Source of the DNA: an uncultured Acidimicrobiaceae bacterium
GTDB taxonomy: Bacteria > Actinomycetota > Acidimicrobiia > Spongiisociales > UBA5794
Assembly: GCA_947258375.1 (NCBI GenBank)
Contig: CAMYIJ010000013.1
Coordinates: 6,171 to 70,170 of the forward strand
Direction of reading: 5' to 3'
DNA length: 64,000 nucleotides
Shown in pieces: positions 9,268 through 18,648 of the stretch (within the stretch, counting starts at the first letter, position 1; the number at the start of each line of letters is the position of its first letter). The notes beneath the pieces are model-generated. The model made no database searches. It saw only the letters and a list, made by a program, of their open reading frames with translations, and was not told the DNA's origin. The translations under genes and the position numbers were made by a program.

Positions 9268-10026
9268 ATGGCCGAAACCAAGAAGCGGGGTCGGGTTCGC
9301 ATCGAGCCGGGCCAGAAGAGGATCCGCGTGATGATTGCCGGCAAGATCGTCGCTGAGTCCGACAACACGCTGCTGGTTTGGGAGAAGCCCTACTACCCGA
9401 CCTACTACTTCCCGGTAGCCGACGTCGATAGATCACTGCTGGCACCTTCCGGCGAGACCAACCGGTCCCCGAGCCGCGGTGAGTCCGAGCTGCACAACAT
9501 CAAGGTCGCCGGCGCGGAACGCACCAACGCCGCCGCCTGGTACCGGGAGTCACCCGTCGATGAGCTAGTCGACCACATCCGATTCGATTGGGGCTCGATG
9601 GACGCCTGGTACGAGGAAGAGGAGGAGGTGTATGTCCACGCGCGTGACCCGTACGCTCGGATCGACATTCTCCCCAGCTCGCGCCATATCCGGGTCGAGA
9701 TCGACGGCGTCACCGTTGCCGAGACGAGGCAGCCCCGACTGCTCTTCGAGACCGGGCTTCCGGTCCGCTACTACATGCCCAAGGGTGACGTGAACATGGA
9801 AATGCTGACCCCCAGCGAGCTCATCACATCGTGCCCGTACAAAGGCGATGCCAGCTACTACAACGTCACAATCGACGGCGTGATCCATCCCGACATAGTC
9901 TGGTGGTACCCGTACCCGGTCGAGGAGTCGAGCCGCATCGCCGGCTACGTGAGCTTCTACAACGAGAAGGTCGATATATATGTCGACGGCAAGCTCGAGG
10001 CCAAACCCAAGACGGTTTTCGCCTAG
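9268..10026 (+). CDS. DUF427 domain protein (tandem DUF427 repeats)
   Basis: AGGAG RBS 8 nt upstream of ATG 9268; two repeats containing the YYFP/RYYMP motifs characteristic of DUF427. Confidence 0.8.
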   Translation: MAETKKRGRVRIEPGQKRIRVMIAGKIVAESDNTLLVWEKPYYPTYYFPVADVDRSLLAPSGETNRSPSRGESELHNIKVAGAERTNAAAWYRESPVDELVDHIRFDWGSMDAWYEEEEEVYVHARDPYARIDILPSSRHIRVEIDGVTVAETRQPRLLFETGLPVRYYMPKGDVNMEMLTPSELITSCPYKGDASYYNVTIDGVIHPDIVWWYPYPVEESSRIAGYVSFYNEKVDIYVDGKLEAKPKTVFA

Positions 10027-10092
10027 CCGACATGGCCCGCGAGAAGTTCGGGTGCCCGGTGATCTGAGAGCGCACCGGGGAAACTAGATTCA

Positions 10093-11802
10093 TTGGGACA
10101 CAGCCTTCCATCGAGGGGTCCCCCATTGTCTGATCAATCCCACCCGGTCTTTGCGTTGAGTTCCGACTTCGTCGACGAAGTCGCTGCTTTGGCGCCCACC
10201 TGGGCCACCTACGCCGGCGTCGCCGGCAACGATCACCGCTGGCCCGACCTCAGCCCGGCCGGCCACGAGGCGACGCTGGCGCACTACCGCGGAATGGTCG
10301 AGCGCCTCGAGGCGCTGCCCGCGCCGGAGACGAAATGGGATCGCCTGGCATTCCAGGCAGTCGGAAGCTTCCTAGCGGACGCCATTGCGGTCTATGAGTC
10401 CAACGACCACCTGCGCGAGCTCGATTCGATCGCCTCGGAGGCGCAAACGATCGTCGACATCTTCGAGCACATGGACAAGAGCACTCCCGAAGGATGGACC
10501 AACATCTGCACCCGTCTGGGTTCGATGGACACGGCCCTCAGCGGATATCGGGCGACTCTGGCCCAGGGGATGGATCAGGGCCTGGCAGTCGCGCAACGCC
10601 AGGTGACCGTCGTAGCCGAACAGTCACGCGTCGCGGCTTCGGATGACTCGCCCTTCGAGGCGCTGCTGACCGAGCTCGCTGAGTCGAACGTTGACCGGGC
10701 CGATCTTCCGCCCCGCTTGGCGGCAGCAATCGCCCACGCCAGGGCGGCCCAGGCGGAGTTCGGCGAGTGGCTTGTGGATAGCTACCTGCCGCATGCCATT
10801 GCCAAGGACGCCGTCGGCCGGGAACGCTACGTGCGCTCGGCTCGCCGTTTCCTCGGCATGGCCATAGATCCGGAAGCCACCTATGCGTGGGGTTGGGAGG
10901 AGGTGGCGCGCCTGCGAGCCCGGATGGAGGAAGTGGCCGATGAGATCTCGTCGGGCGCCACCATTCTCGAGGCGTTGCAGATCTTGAAGACGGACCCGGC
11001 CCGCGCCGCCGCCACCCGCGAGGATTTCGTCAGCTTCATGGAGGCTCGTAATGCCGTCGCCCTCGAGAGGCTCGAAGGCAGCCACTTCGATGTCCCGGAG
11101 GAAATCCGCGAGGTAGATGTCAGGTTGGCCAAGCCCGGCGGACCCCTCGGGGCCTACTACGTCGGGCCGAGCGAGGACTACACGCGGCCCGGGGCCGTCT
11201 GGTGGTCGCACGGCGACAATCCCGGTCCCTTCCCGCTGTATGACGAAGTCTCGACTCTCTACCACGAGGGATTCCCAGGCCACCATCTCCAGGTAGGCAC
11301 CCAGCTGACCAGCGCGGAGAACCTGTCACGGTTCCACCGGCTTTTCATTTGGTATCCGGGTCTCGGTGAGGGCTGGGCCCTCTACGCCGAGCTGCTCATG
11401 GAACAGATGGGGTTCCTCGACAAGCCGGACTATGTGTTCGGTTTCCTGTCGGCGCAGATGTTGCGAGCGTGTCGGGTTGTGATCGACATCGGTTCGCATC
11501 TCGAGCTGCCGATCCCTGATGACCAGCCGTTTCACCCCGGTGAGGACTGGAGCTTCGCGCTCGCGGTCGAGATGCTCCAAACGTACGCCACTCTCGAGAA
11601 GGAATACGCCGAGTCCGAAGTGACCCGCTACCTCGGATGGCCGGGGCAGGCAATCGCATACAAGGTTGGCGAGAGGGAGATCCTCGATATCCGCGCGACC
11701 CTCGAAGGTCGCGGCGACTTCGACGCCAAGGCGTTTCACGCCAACCTGCTCGAGATCGGCCCGGTCGGCCTCGAGGTTGTCCGAGAACTCCTCCTCGGCT
11801 GA
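10093..11802 (+). CDS. DUF885 family protein (putative metallopeptidase-like)
   Basis: HEGFPGHHLQ signature of DUF885, about 570 aa; the start may be a downstream TTG near 10126. Confidence 0.8.
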   Translation: MGHSLPSRGPPLSDQSHPVFALSSDFVDEVAALAPTWATYAGVAGNDHRWPDLSPAGHEATLAHYRGMVERLEALPAPETKWDRLAFQAVGSFLADAIAVYESNDHLRELDSIASEAQTIVDIFEHMDKSTPEGWTNICTRLGSMDTALSGYRATLAQGMDQGLAVAQRQVTVVAEQSRVAASDDSPFEALLTELAESNVDRADLPPRLAAAIAHARAAQAEFGEWLVDSYLPHAIAKDAVGRERYVRSARRFLGMAIDPEATYAWGWEEVARLRARMEEVADEISSGATILEALQILKTDPARAAATREDFVSFMEARNAVALERLEGSHFDVPEEIREVDVRLAKPGGPLGAYYVGPSEDYTRPGAVWWSHGDNPGPFPLYDEVSTLYHEGFPGHHLQVGTQLTSAENLSRFHRLFIWYPGLGEGWALYAELLMEQMGFLDKPDYVFGFLSAQMLRACRVVIDIGSHLELPIPDDQPFHPGEDWSFALAVEMLQTYATLEKEYAESEVTRYLGWPGQAIAYKVGEREILDIRATLEGRGDFDAKAFHANLLEIGPVGLEVVRELLLG

Positions 11803-11882
11803 CCCGGTCGCCGAGCAGGTGCAACCGCTTTGGCCGGCGCGGTGTTCATAAGGGTGCAACAGCGGAGGCACAGGGAGTATCA

Positions 11883-12431
11883 ATGGCAAAGGCAACGGGG
11901 CTGGTCGACCGTCTGGCCGTGGATGTCGATTGGGCGTTTCCAGATTTGGTGCTCGCCTACCAGGATCGCCTGTACTCCGGAGTGAGGTCCTTCGTCGGTT
12001 CCGCCGACGCGGAGGATGTCACCCAGGAAGCGTTGATACGCGCCCATAAGGCGCTGCACAGCTATGACGAGGATCGCATCCGGCAACTCCAGGTGAGTGC
12101 ATGGCTGTGGACGATCGCCATCAACCTGTGTCGCAATTGGGCGCGCACCCGATCGCGCCGACCGCAGACGGTGCAACTGACGTTCGACCGGCCAAGTGGC
12201 GACGAGGCGGCCGACGAGGCGATTGACGTCGTCATGCTCGACGGCTGGAAACAGCGCCTGGCCGGATTGAGTGAGGCACAGCGCGTTGCCGTCGTGCTCC
12301 GCCACGTCGTGGGGCTCAGCTATCGGGAGATCGCGGCAGCCACCGAACGCCCGGTGGGCACCGCCAAGACCGACGTGAGTCGGGGCCTCGCGGCCCTGCG
12401 CAAGATCATCTCCGAGGAGGGAACCCTATGA
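11883..12431 (+). CDS. ECF (extracytoplasmic function) sigma-70 family sigma factor
   Basis: AGGGAG RBS; region 2 (...DVTQEALIRAHKAL...) and region 4 (...LSYREIAAATERPVGTAKTDVSRGL...). The stop overlaps the next start (ATGA at 12428-12431). Confidence 0.85.
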   Translation: MAKATGLVDRLAVDVDWAFPDLVLAYQDRLYSGVRSFVGSADAEDVTQEALIRAHKALHSYDEDRIRQLQVSAWLWTIAINLCRNWARTRSRRPQTVQLTFDRPSGDEAADEAIDVVMLDGWKQRLAGLSEAQRVAVVLRHVVGLSYREIAAATERPVGTAKTDVSRGLAALRKIISEEGTL

Positions 12432-13198
12432 CAGACGACATTGCCCGCGAGCTCGAAGCCCTCGCGACGACAGCCCCGGATTCGCTGACCAGGAACGTGC
12501 TGATCGCGACCCGGACGGGACGGTTCTACGCGACCGTCGGCGGTCCCACCGGCGACCTCCTCATCGGGTGGAGTAGCGCCGGCATCTATGCAGTGGCCCC
12601 GATCGGTGAGCTGGCGCGTTTCCTCGAGGTGTACTCGGCCGGCCCGCTGGCGCCCATCCCCCAGCAGTTGCCGACGCCGTGGCAGCGCCAGGTTGCGGCG
12701 GCCCTCGAGTCGGGCAAGCTCGGCCGGCTGCCCGTGGATCTGACGGGACTCACCGAGTTCCAACAGGCCGTGCTCCGCAAGACCCTCGAGATCCCGCCGG
12801 GTCAGCTGCGTCCCTACGGGTGGGTTGCCCGCGAGATTGGCAAGCCGGGGGCAACCCGGGCAGTCGGATCGGCGCTCAACAAGAACCCGGTTCCCGTGCT
12901 CATCCCCTGCCACCGTGTCGGCCGCAGCGACGGCACCGTCGGCCGGTACGCATACGGCCCGGAGATGAAACGAGATCTGCTGCGAGCCGAGGGCCTCGAT
13001 CCCGACGAGGTCGACGATGCGGCGGAGCGCGGGGTGCGCTTCATCGGCAGCGCCACCACCAATATCTACTGCCATCCCACCTGCCACAACGCCAGGCGCA
13101 TCAAGCAAACCAACCGCGTTGAACTCCGCACCGCCGCCGCAGCTCGCAAGGCCGGTTTCCGTGCCTGCCTGGTCTGCCGCCCCGCCGCGGCTGCGTAG
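12428..13198 (+). CDS. Methylated-DNA-protein-cysteine methyltransferase (Ogt/MGMT) fused to a C-terminal Ada-type zinc-binding domain
   Basis: MGMT active site IPCHRV with DNA-binding helix; C-terminal CHPTC...(26 aa)...CLVCRP matches the Ada N-domain Cys4 zinc site (CX3C-X26-CX2C). Translationally coupled to the ECF sigma gene. Confidence 0.8.
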   Translation: MTDDIARELEALATTAPDSLTRNVLIATRTGRFYATVGGPTGDLLIGWSSAGIYAVAPIGELARFLEVYSAGPLAPIPQQLPTPWQRQVAAALESGKLGRLPVDLTGLTEFQQAVLRKTLEIPPGQLRPYGWVAREIGKPGATRAVGSALNKNPVPVLIPCHRVGRSDGTVGRYAYGPEMKRDLLRAEGLDPDEVDDAAERGVRFIGSATTNIYCHPTCHNARRIKQTNRVELRTAAAARKAGFRACLVCRPAAAA

Positions 13199-13234
13199 TG
13201 CTCCCCTTGAGTCGAGCTTTTCCGTGCCGATACC

Positions 13235-14005
13235 ATGGAAACGCTCTACCACCGGACACCTATGCCCCTGAAGCCGCAGACGCAGCCTCGGCTATCGCTC
13301 ACTGAGGCCTATCACGCCACGCAACGTTGGCTGGATCACATCGGCCTGCGCACCGTGACGATCAACGAACCGGCGGACGGAGTCGTTGAGCTGTGCAGCA
13401 GCACCCATATCGCCAGGATCAGAATCAACACAGGCCCGGTGAGCCAACGTGCCGTTCTCGCCCTGCTCCGGGTCGCCGAGGAGTCCGACCTGACCCCACT
13501 CCTGTTCTCGGCAACCGGCTTCAGCAACGGAGCGATCGGCTTCAGCGCCAGTCAGAACGTCGGGCTCTTCGACCTCGCAGCCGACGGCGAGATCATCCCG
13601 ATGAACAAGGTGGCCGGCCAATTGATGCCCGAGGAAGCGCTGGAACCGGCGTTCGCCTCGCCGATAGAGGCGGTCGAATCGGAAGGTCCTATCAGCTATT
13701 TCGAGGTTCCCTCCATAGAGGATGAGCCGAAGCAAGCGGAATCGATCGAACCAGGGGACCTGAGCGATTGGCGGACCTGCCCTCGCTGCGGATCCACCCA
13801 CCACCCAGGCACCCGGATGTGCGCCTCGTGCGGGGCCGACCTCTCCACGCCGACCGGGGGCGGCCAGCTGCTCGGACCGCGCGGTGCCCCGGCGGTGGTG
13901 CCGAAAAGGGCGCCGGGACCGTCGAATCCACCGAAACGAATCGGGCCGACCCTGCAATGCCGTACCTGCGGCAGCCACGAAATCGAGCTGATCTACCCCG
14001 ACTGA
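13235..14005 (+). CDS. Hypothetical protein with an N-terminal Mrr-like (PD-(D/E)xK restriction-endonuclease-fold) domain and two C-terminal zinc ribbons
   Basis: ...ADGVVELCSSTHIARIRIN...LLFSATGFSNGAIGF resembles the Mrr_cat core; CPRCG...CASCG and CRTCG zinc-ribbon pairs. Weak RBS; the start could be 13262. Confidence 0.55.
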   Translation: METLYHRTPMPLKPQTQPRLSLTEAYHATQRWLDHIGLRTVTINEPADGVVELCSSTHIARIRINTGPVSQRAVLALLRVAEESDLTPLLFSATGFSNGAIGFSASQNVGLFDLAADGEIIPMNKVAGQLMPEEALEPAFASPIEAVESEGPISYFEVPSIEDEPKQAESIEPGDLSDWRTCPRCGSTHHPGTRMCASCGADLSTPTGGGQLLGPRGAPAVVPKRAPGPSNPPKRIGPTLQCRTCGSHEIELIYPD

Positions 14006-14062
14006 AGGCGGCCTTGTTCGAGCCGGCGGAGTAAATCCAAAGCCCGGATCGTTGTCCCTGTT

Positions 14063-14845
14063 ATGTCGCAAGCCGCCCTGTGGGATCCCGCCCGGTACCA
14101 GCAATACGGAGATCTCCGTCTCCGTCCCGCGCTCGAGCTGTTGTCGCGAGTATCTGCCGGAGCTCCTTCACTTGTCCATGACATTGGAACCGGCGGCGGC
14201 GAGATCGCTCGGTTGATGGCCCAGCGCTGGCCGAACGCCCGGGTCATCGGGTCGGATTCTTCCCGCGAGATGCTCGCCAAAGCGGCTGAGGTGGACTCAC
14301 CGGTCGAATGGCGCTTCCTCGACCTCGGCGATTGGATGCCCACCGCCGAGCACGATGTCATCTACGGCAATGCCGTCCTCCACTGGCTCCCCGACCATGC
14401 CGAGCTGCTCCCGCGCCTCGTTGGTGGCCTGGCGCCGGGCGGCGAGTTGGCAGTCCAAATGCCGCTGAGTTGGTGGCAGCCGTCGCATCAAGCAATCCGC
14501 GAGACGCTGGGGGACCTGACCGGCCCGGAGGCACAGGCGCTCAATGCGTCGATGGCGGAGCCCAACGTGTATCTGCCGAACCGCTACTACGAGATCATCG
14601 AACCGCTCTCGTCGGCCCTCGACATCTGGGAGACGACCTACCAGCAGATCCTGACCGGCGCCGACCCGGTATTCGAGTGGGTCAGTGGCAGCATCCTACG
14701 GCCGGTCCTGACGCAGCTTCCCGCCGCCGACGCCGCTCACTTCTCCGACCTGTGCCGCCGGGCGCTGCGTACGGCCTATCCACCCCAACCCGACGGCACA
14801 ACCCTCTTCCCGTTCCGCCGGCTGTTCATCGTGGCCCGCCGGTGA
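14063..14845 (+). CDS. tam: Trans-aconitate 2-methyltransferase (Tam) family class I SAM methyltransferase
   Basis: N-terminal MSQAALWDPARYQQYGDLRLRPALELL and SAM motif VHDIGTGGGE, both typical of Tam. Confidence 0.85.
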   Translation: MSQAALWDPARYQQYGDLRLRPALELLSRVSAGAPSLVHDIGTGGGEIARLMAQRWPNARVIGSDSSREMLAKAAEVDSPVEWRFLDLGDWMPTAEHDVIYGNAVLHWLPDHAELLPRLVGGLAPGGELAVQMPLSWWQPSHQAIRETLGDLTGPEAQALNASMAEPNVYLPNRYYEIIEPLSSALDIWETTYQQILTGADPVFEWVSGSILRPVLTQLPAADAAHFSDLCRRALRTAYPPQPDGTTLFPFRRLFIVARR

Positions 14846-15714
14846 GGTACCCCATCGCCCCCAACGTGACCGCACCGACACTGGGCGACGCGGCCCGGCT
14901 GGCGCTTCCGGCCAGGCGATTGCTGAACCGCAGCCGAATTCGGCGGATCGCCTCGGCTCGAAGCAACGAGGAACGCGACGTTGCGATCCGGCGCTGGAGC
15001 ACCGAACTCCTCCAGACGTTGGACGTCCGGCTGCAACTGACCGGGCTGTCCCACATCGATCCGCGTCGGCCCTTCCTGGTGCTGTCCCTGCACGAGGGGC
15101 TACTGGACGTTCCTCTGCTGTTGCAGTTGCCCGTCCCAATGACGTTCGTGGCCCGGGCCGACCTCGCCGCGGAGCGGCCGATGGATCGATTGCTCGAAGC
15201 CGGCCGGCCGATCCTCATCAATCCGGAGGCTCCGAGCGCGCTACGTGTGGTGTTGCGCGAGGCCGAGCGAGCTCTGGGGCAGGGACGATCGGTGGCGATG
15301 TTCCCTCAGGGCACCGTCCTCGGAGTCGAGACGTCGTTTCAGCGGGGAGCGTTGGCAGTGGCCGGGCGGCTGGAGATGCCTGTGCTGCCGGTGGTCATCG
15401 CCGGTAGCCATCGGATCTGGGAACACCCCTTCTCGCCCGTCGTGAGAAGGGGTCAGCGAGTCCACATGGAGGTTCTGGCCCCGCGCCCGGTCGCAGCCGC
15501 CGCCGAGTATCGGGCGCTGGAAAGGGAGATGAAGGAACGGGCCATCAAGAACCCATCGGCGTGGCCGCGCCGCTACCTGCCTGAACGGGACGGGTATTGG
15601 GACGGGTACCGCTTTGACATCGATCCGGACTACCCCGCCCTCGAGGAGCAGATCTCGCGACGTCGCCGGGCAGTCGCAGCCGACGGCACGGCACGCGCCA
15701 CAAGGACGGTCTGA
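14842..15714 (+). CDS. Lysophospholipid / glycerol-3-phosphate acyltransferase family (PlsC-like)
   Basis: GTG start overlapping the tam TGA (gTGA). HX4D motif (LHEGLLD) and FPQGT motif III of acyltransferases. Confidence 0.65.
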   Translation: MRYPIAPNVTAPTLGDAARLALPARRLLNRSRIRRIASARSNEERDVAIRRWSTELLQTLDVRLQLTGLSHIDPRRPFLVLSLHEGLLDVPLLLQLPVPMTFVARADLAAERPMDRLLEAGRPILINPEAPSALRVVLREAERALGQGRSVAMFPQGTVLGVETSFQRGALAVAGRLEMPVLPVVIAGSHRIWEHPFSPVVRRGQRVHMEVLAPRPVAAAAEYRALEREMKERAIKNPSAWPRRYLPERDGYWDGYRFDIDPDYPALEEQISRRRRAVAADGTARATRTV

Positions 15715-16615
15715 GCCGTCCTCGTGGCGACGGTTCCGGGTGAGGGGAACCGCTGCTCCGGTCGTGTGATCGATGTCGGCTGACTCGATGTCACTTGACC
15801 CTGAGCACATTGCGTGACTCATCCAGGCGTCCGATTTGACTCGCATTGGCCTCTTCGACCCAGCGCGGACTGCGACGGGTTACGACACCGGCGAGCGCTA
15901 GAACGCGCTGGATCCGATTGACTGGTGTGTGCTGCACGGCTCCCCTCCTTTCTCGATATTGTGAAGCTCTGTGGCACGGTGGCGATAGAGCCGGGCTGTC
16001 TCCGAACTGCGGGACGGGCAAAAAGCCGTGTATGTGGCCTATCCCGAAGCTCGAAGACAGCTCCGACCTATCGTCGTGGAACGGTGGGCAATCGAAGCCC
16101 GGTCTTCCCAGGAGGCGCAGTCCTTTGAGGCCGTTCCAGACCGGGAAGCCCTTTCGGAGGCGGGTTCTGGCATAAACCCTGTGAAAGAGGCAATCACCCT
16201 TGTGAAACAAAAGGGCCGCCCGGTGGCGGCTTCTCTACCAACAGATTGCTGGAGTTATCCGGCGTGGAGGCCGTTCCAGAGTTGGCGAGAAGCCAGAAGA
16301 TCCTTTGCGATTCGAGTGGCACTGCCGTTGTGTGTACTGCCGCTGTGTGTACTGCCACTGATCGCACTCGGAGCCCACGTGAATGGTGAACCGAGGGTCT
16401 TCTCCGTGAAAACGTTCATCATCGTGGTACTCCTCTCTTCTCAACTGCCGGTCTTCTCGACTGCCGGTAGGGGCTTCAAACAAGAAACGCCGCAACTTCC
16501 CCTGAGGGGTCGCCACGGCTTCACGCAGTGTCGCATGGATGATTGGAAGCGTCAAGGGTGAAGTTATCCACAGGCCGGGCTGAGGGTTCTCGCCCACGTC
16601 TCGTTGTGACATCAT

Positions 16616-16813
16616 GTGGCTATGGATCCATTCACTCTGGGCTTGATCCTGGTGGTAGTGGTGTTGCTGTTGGGTGTGCGAGCAGCCATCCGACATTGGT
16701 CCAATCATGCCGGCTCGACAGGTGCGATGCCCCCTTCTCCGGAGTACATCGAGGCCATTGAAGACCTCGATCAGCTGAAGACCGGCTTCAGGTGGGGCGA
16801 CATCCGCGGTTGA
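16616..16813 (+). CDS. Small predicted membrane protein (65 aa)
   Basis: Single hydrophobic helix FTLGLILVVVVLLLGV; sits at the end of a roughly 900-nt non-coding island. Low support. Confidence 0.3.
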   Translation: MAMDPFTLGLILVVVVLLLGVRAAIRHWSNHAGSTGAMPPSPEYIEAIEDLDQLKTGFRWGDIRG

Positions 16814-16900
16814 CACTCGAAACTCAAGCCAACTTGCATTAACAACGGCCGCTCCGGGCCGATAGGTAGAGGCGACCGCCCGCCAGACCCGGAGCCAGGA

Positions 16901-17080
16901 TTGAAAGACGGCGCCACCAACCAGCTCGTATTGGAGCCCGACCTCGAGGGTCGGAAGGTCAAGAGCGTCGGTTCCATCGGCCGCGCCGCCAAGTTCGTCG
17001 GTGACGTGCTCTGGTGGTCGTTCCTCACCGTTATCTTCGCCTCGATCACGATAGGCGTGGCGACAGAGCTGCTGCTCTAG
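16901..17080 (+). CDS. Small tail-anchored protein (59 aa, TTG start); below the ORF-track cutoff
   Basis: GGAG RBS 6 nt upstream of TTG 16901; C-terminal TM helix VLWWSFLTVIFASITIGVATELLL. The stop abuts the convergent lipoprotein gene. Confidence 0.3.
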   Translation: MKDGATNQLVLEPDLEGRKVKSVGSIGRAAKFVGDVLWWSFLTVIFASITIGVATELLL

Positions 17081-18543
17081 TCACGACTCCCCCAGGTCTG
17101 CGAGCCACACGGCCGCGGTCTGGGAGTACGTCATCCATCCGTAGTCGGGATGCTTCCCGGCAGGGACGTCATCATTGCCCACGATCACCAGCGCGTCGCC
17201 GAACTGTGCGAACGCCCGGGCGCCCCGCCTCGAGTCCGTCGGATCGAGGGTCAACTCGTCGACGACGTCCCAAGTTGCGCCGCCATCTGTCGACACCCAC
17301 AAAGTGACGAATGCGGGCAACGAATTAGCCGAGAAGGCGAGCTCGTAGCCTCCGATGGCGAGCAGCCGATCACCGTCCCAGGCGACGTCCTCGAGCCTGA
17401 CAGGGGCCCCGTGTTTCAGGTAGGCGTACCGACTCGACTCCTCCTCGTCGTCCAAGTCCGTGAAGCCCGGTTCCACCAGGTGCCAGTCGTATCCGTCCTT
17501 CGAGGTCCAAACGAGAGTCCCCCCGGAACCCGGATTCCCTGCCATCGAGTTCTCATCGCGCTGCAATCTGGCGCCGACGGCCAGCAGGCCTTCCTCGCCG
17601 ACGTCCACCGCGAACATGGCACTCCTCCCGGACGTCTGGGAGAAGCCCGACTCCTCGCCGGCCATCGAGTCGAGAAGCCGATCCCACGTGAGCCCATCGG
17701 CGGAGAGCCAGACGGCCGGATGAGGCTCGATGCCGCCGCGACCCACTGCCACCAAGCCGTCGCCCGTAACCACAACGTCGTTCATGAACGAGGGCTCCGC
17801 GGCGGCCGCAGTATCGTCAGTCACGCCGGCTCGGGACCACCGCGATCCATCGGGCGACACCCAGACCGCGGCCTGCCAGTTGGACTCTCCGACGATCACG
17901 ATCAGACCGGGCAATTGCACGACTGAGTGCATGACCTGAGCACCATCTCCTCCAAAGACCTCAGCCTCGTGCGGGACGCGCCGCCACACCGTCCCATCGT
18001 GAGAAAGCCAGACGGCCGCATCGTGCTCCAGCGCCTTGCCGTCCGCGCCTACCGCCACCACACCAAAGGGACCGGCTGAGATGTCGTTGATGAATTGGTG
18101 GCCGGGAGAATCGGCTGCCGCCGCAGAGTCGCCGAAGACGTCCGCATCGTCGGCTACCGGGGTCCACGCCACCCCGTCGGGAGAGGTCCACACGGCAGCA
18201 TCAGCCGTGTCGGCTCCAGCCGGGCTCACCGAACCGGCTGCGACCAGAGTCGAGCCGGTAGTCGTGATTGCCCGCATGGTGCTCTCGGCGAGCGGAGGGT
18301 CGCCGGCGACATCAGGCGTCACGCGCTCCTCCGTCGGCATCGATCCTCCGAGCACCTGCGCGAGCGCGAACCGGATCTGTGGTGGCGGGTCGGGCGTCGC
18401 TGATGTCGTCACCGAACCAGCCGCGGAGGTCTGCGTGCCCACAGTGTCTGCGGCGACGGCGCCGGAGTCGACCAGATCCTGAGAGCACCCGCCGAGCAGC
18501 GTCAGACCGGCAACGACCCCAACCCATGCTGGGCGAAGCATCG
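17081..18543 (-). CDS. Lipoprotein with six BNR/Asp-box-like repeats (predicted beta-propeller)
   Basis: Lipobox LTLLGGC after MLRPAWVGVVAG; six repeats of (A)VW-S-DG--W. Alternative starts at 18588 and 18607. Confidence 0.7.
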
Positions 18544-18648
18544 TCTGCCAAACGCTCGATCCTCCAGGTCGGCGGGTTGATGAACTCATGGCGCCATCGT
18601 CCGGCATGGGGCGCAGCAGGTCTAGGGGCGAACGCCCAGGCCTGTCCG

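Noticed and set aside
7927-10026. 699-aa plus-strand ORF, the largest non-α2M plus-strand ORF in the track
   Set aside because: Its first roughly 450 aa are Arg/Gly/Pro-rich and antisense to a clearly real 2-hydroxyacid dehydrogenase gene (8152-9114). Only the last 252 aa (from ATG 9268, with an AGGAG RBS) form a recognisable DUF427 protein.
16028-16561. 177-aa ORF and other ORFs inside the 15715-16615 island
   Set aside because: No RBS, odd composition and repeat-derived segments (LPLCVLPLCVLPL comes from a DNA tandem repeat). Treated as non-coding.
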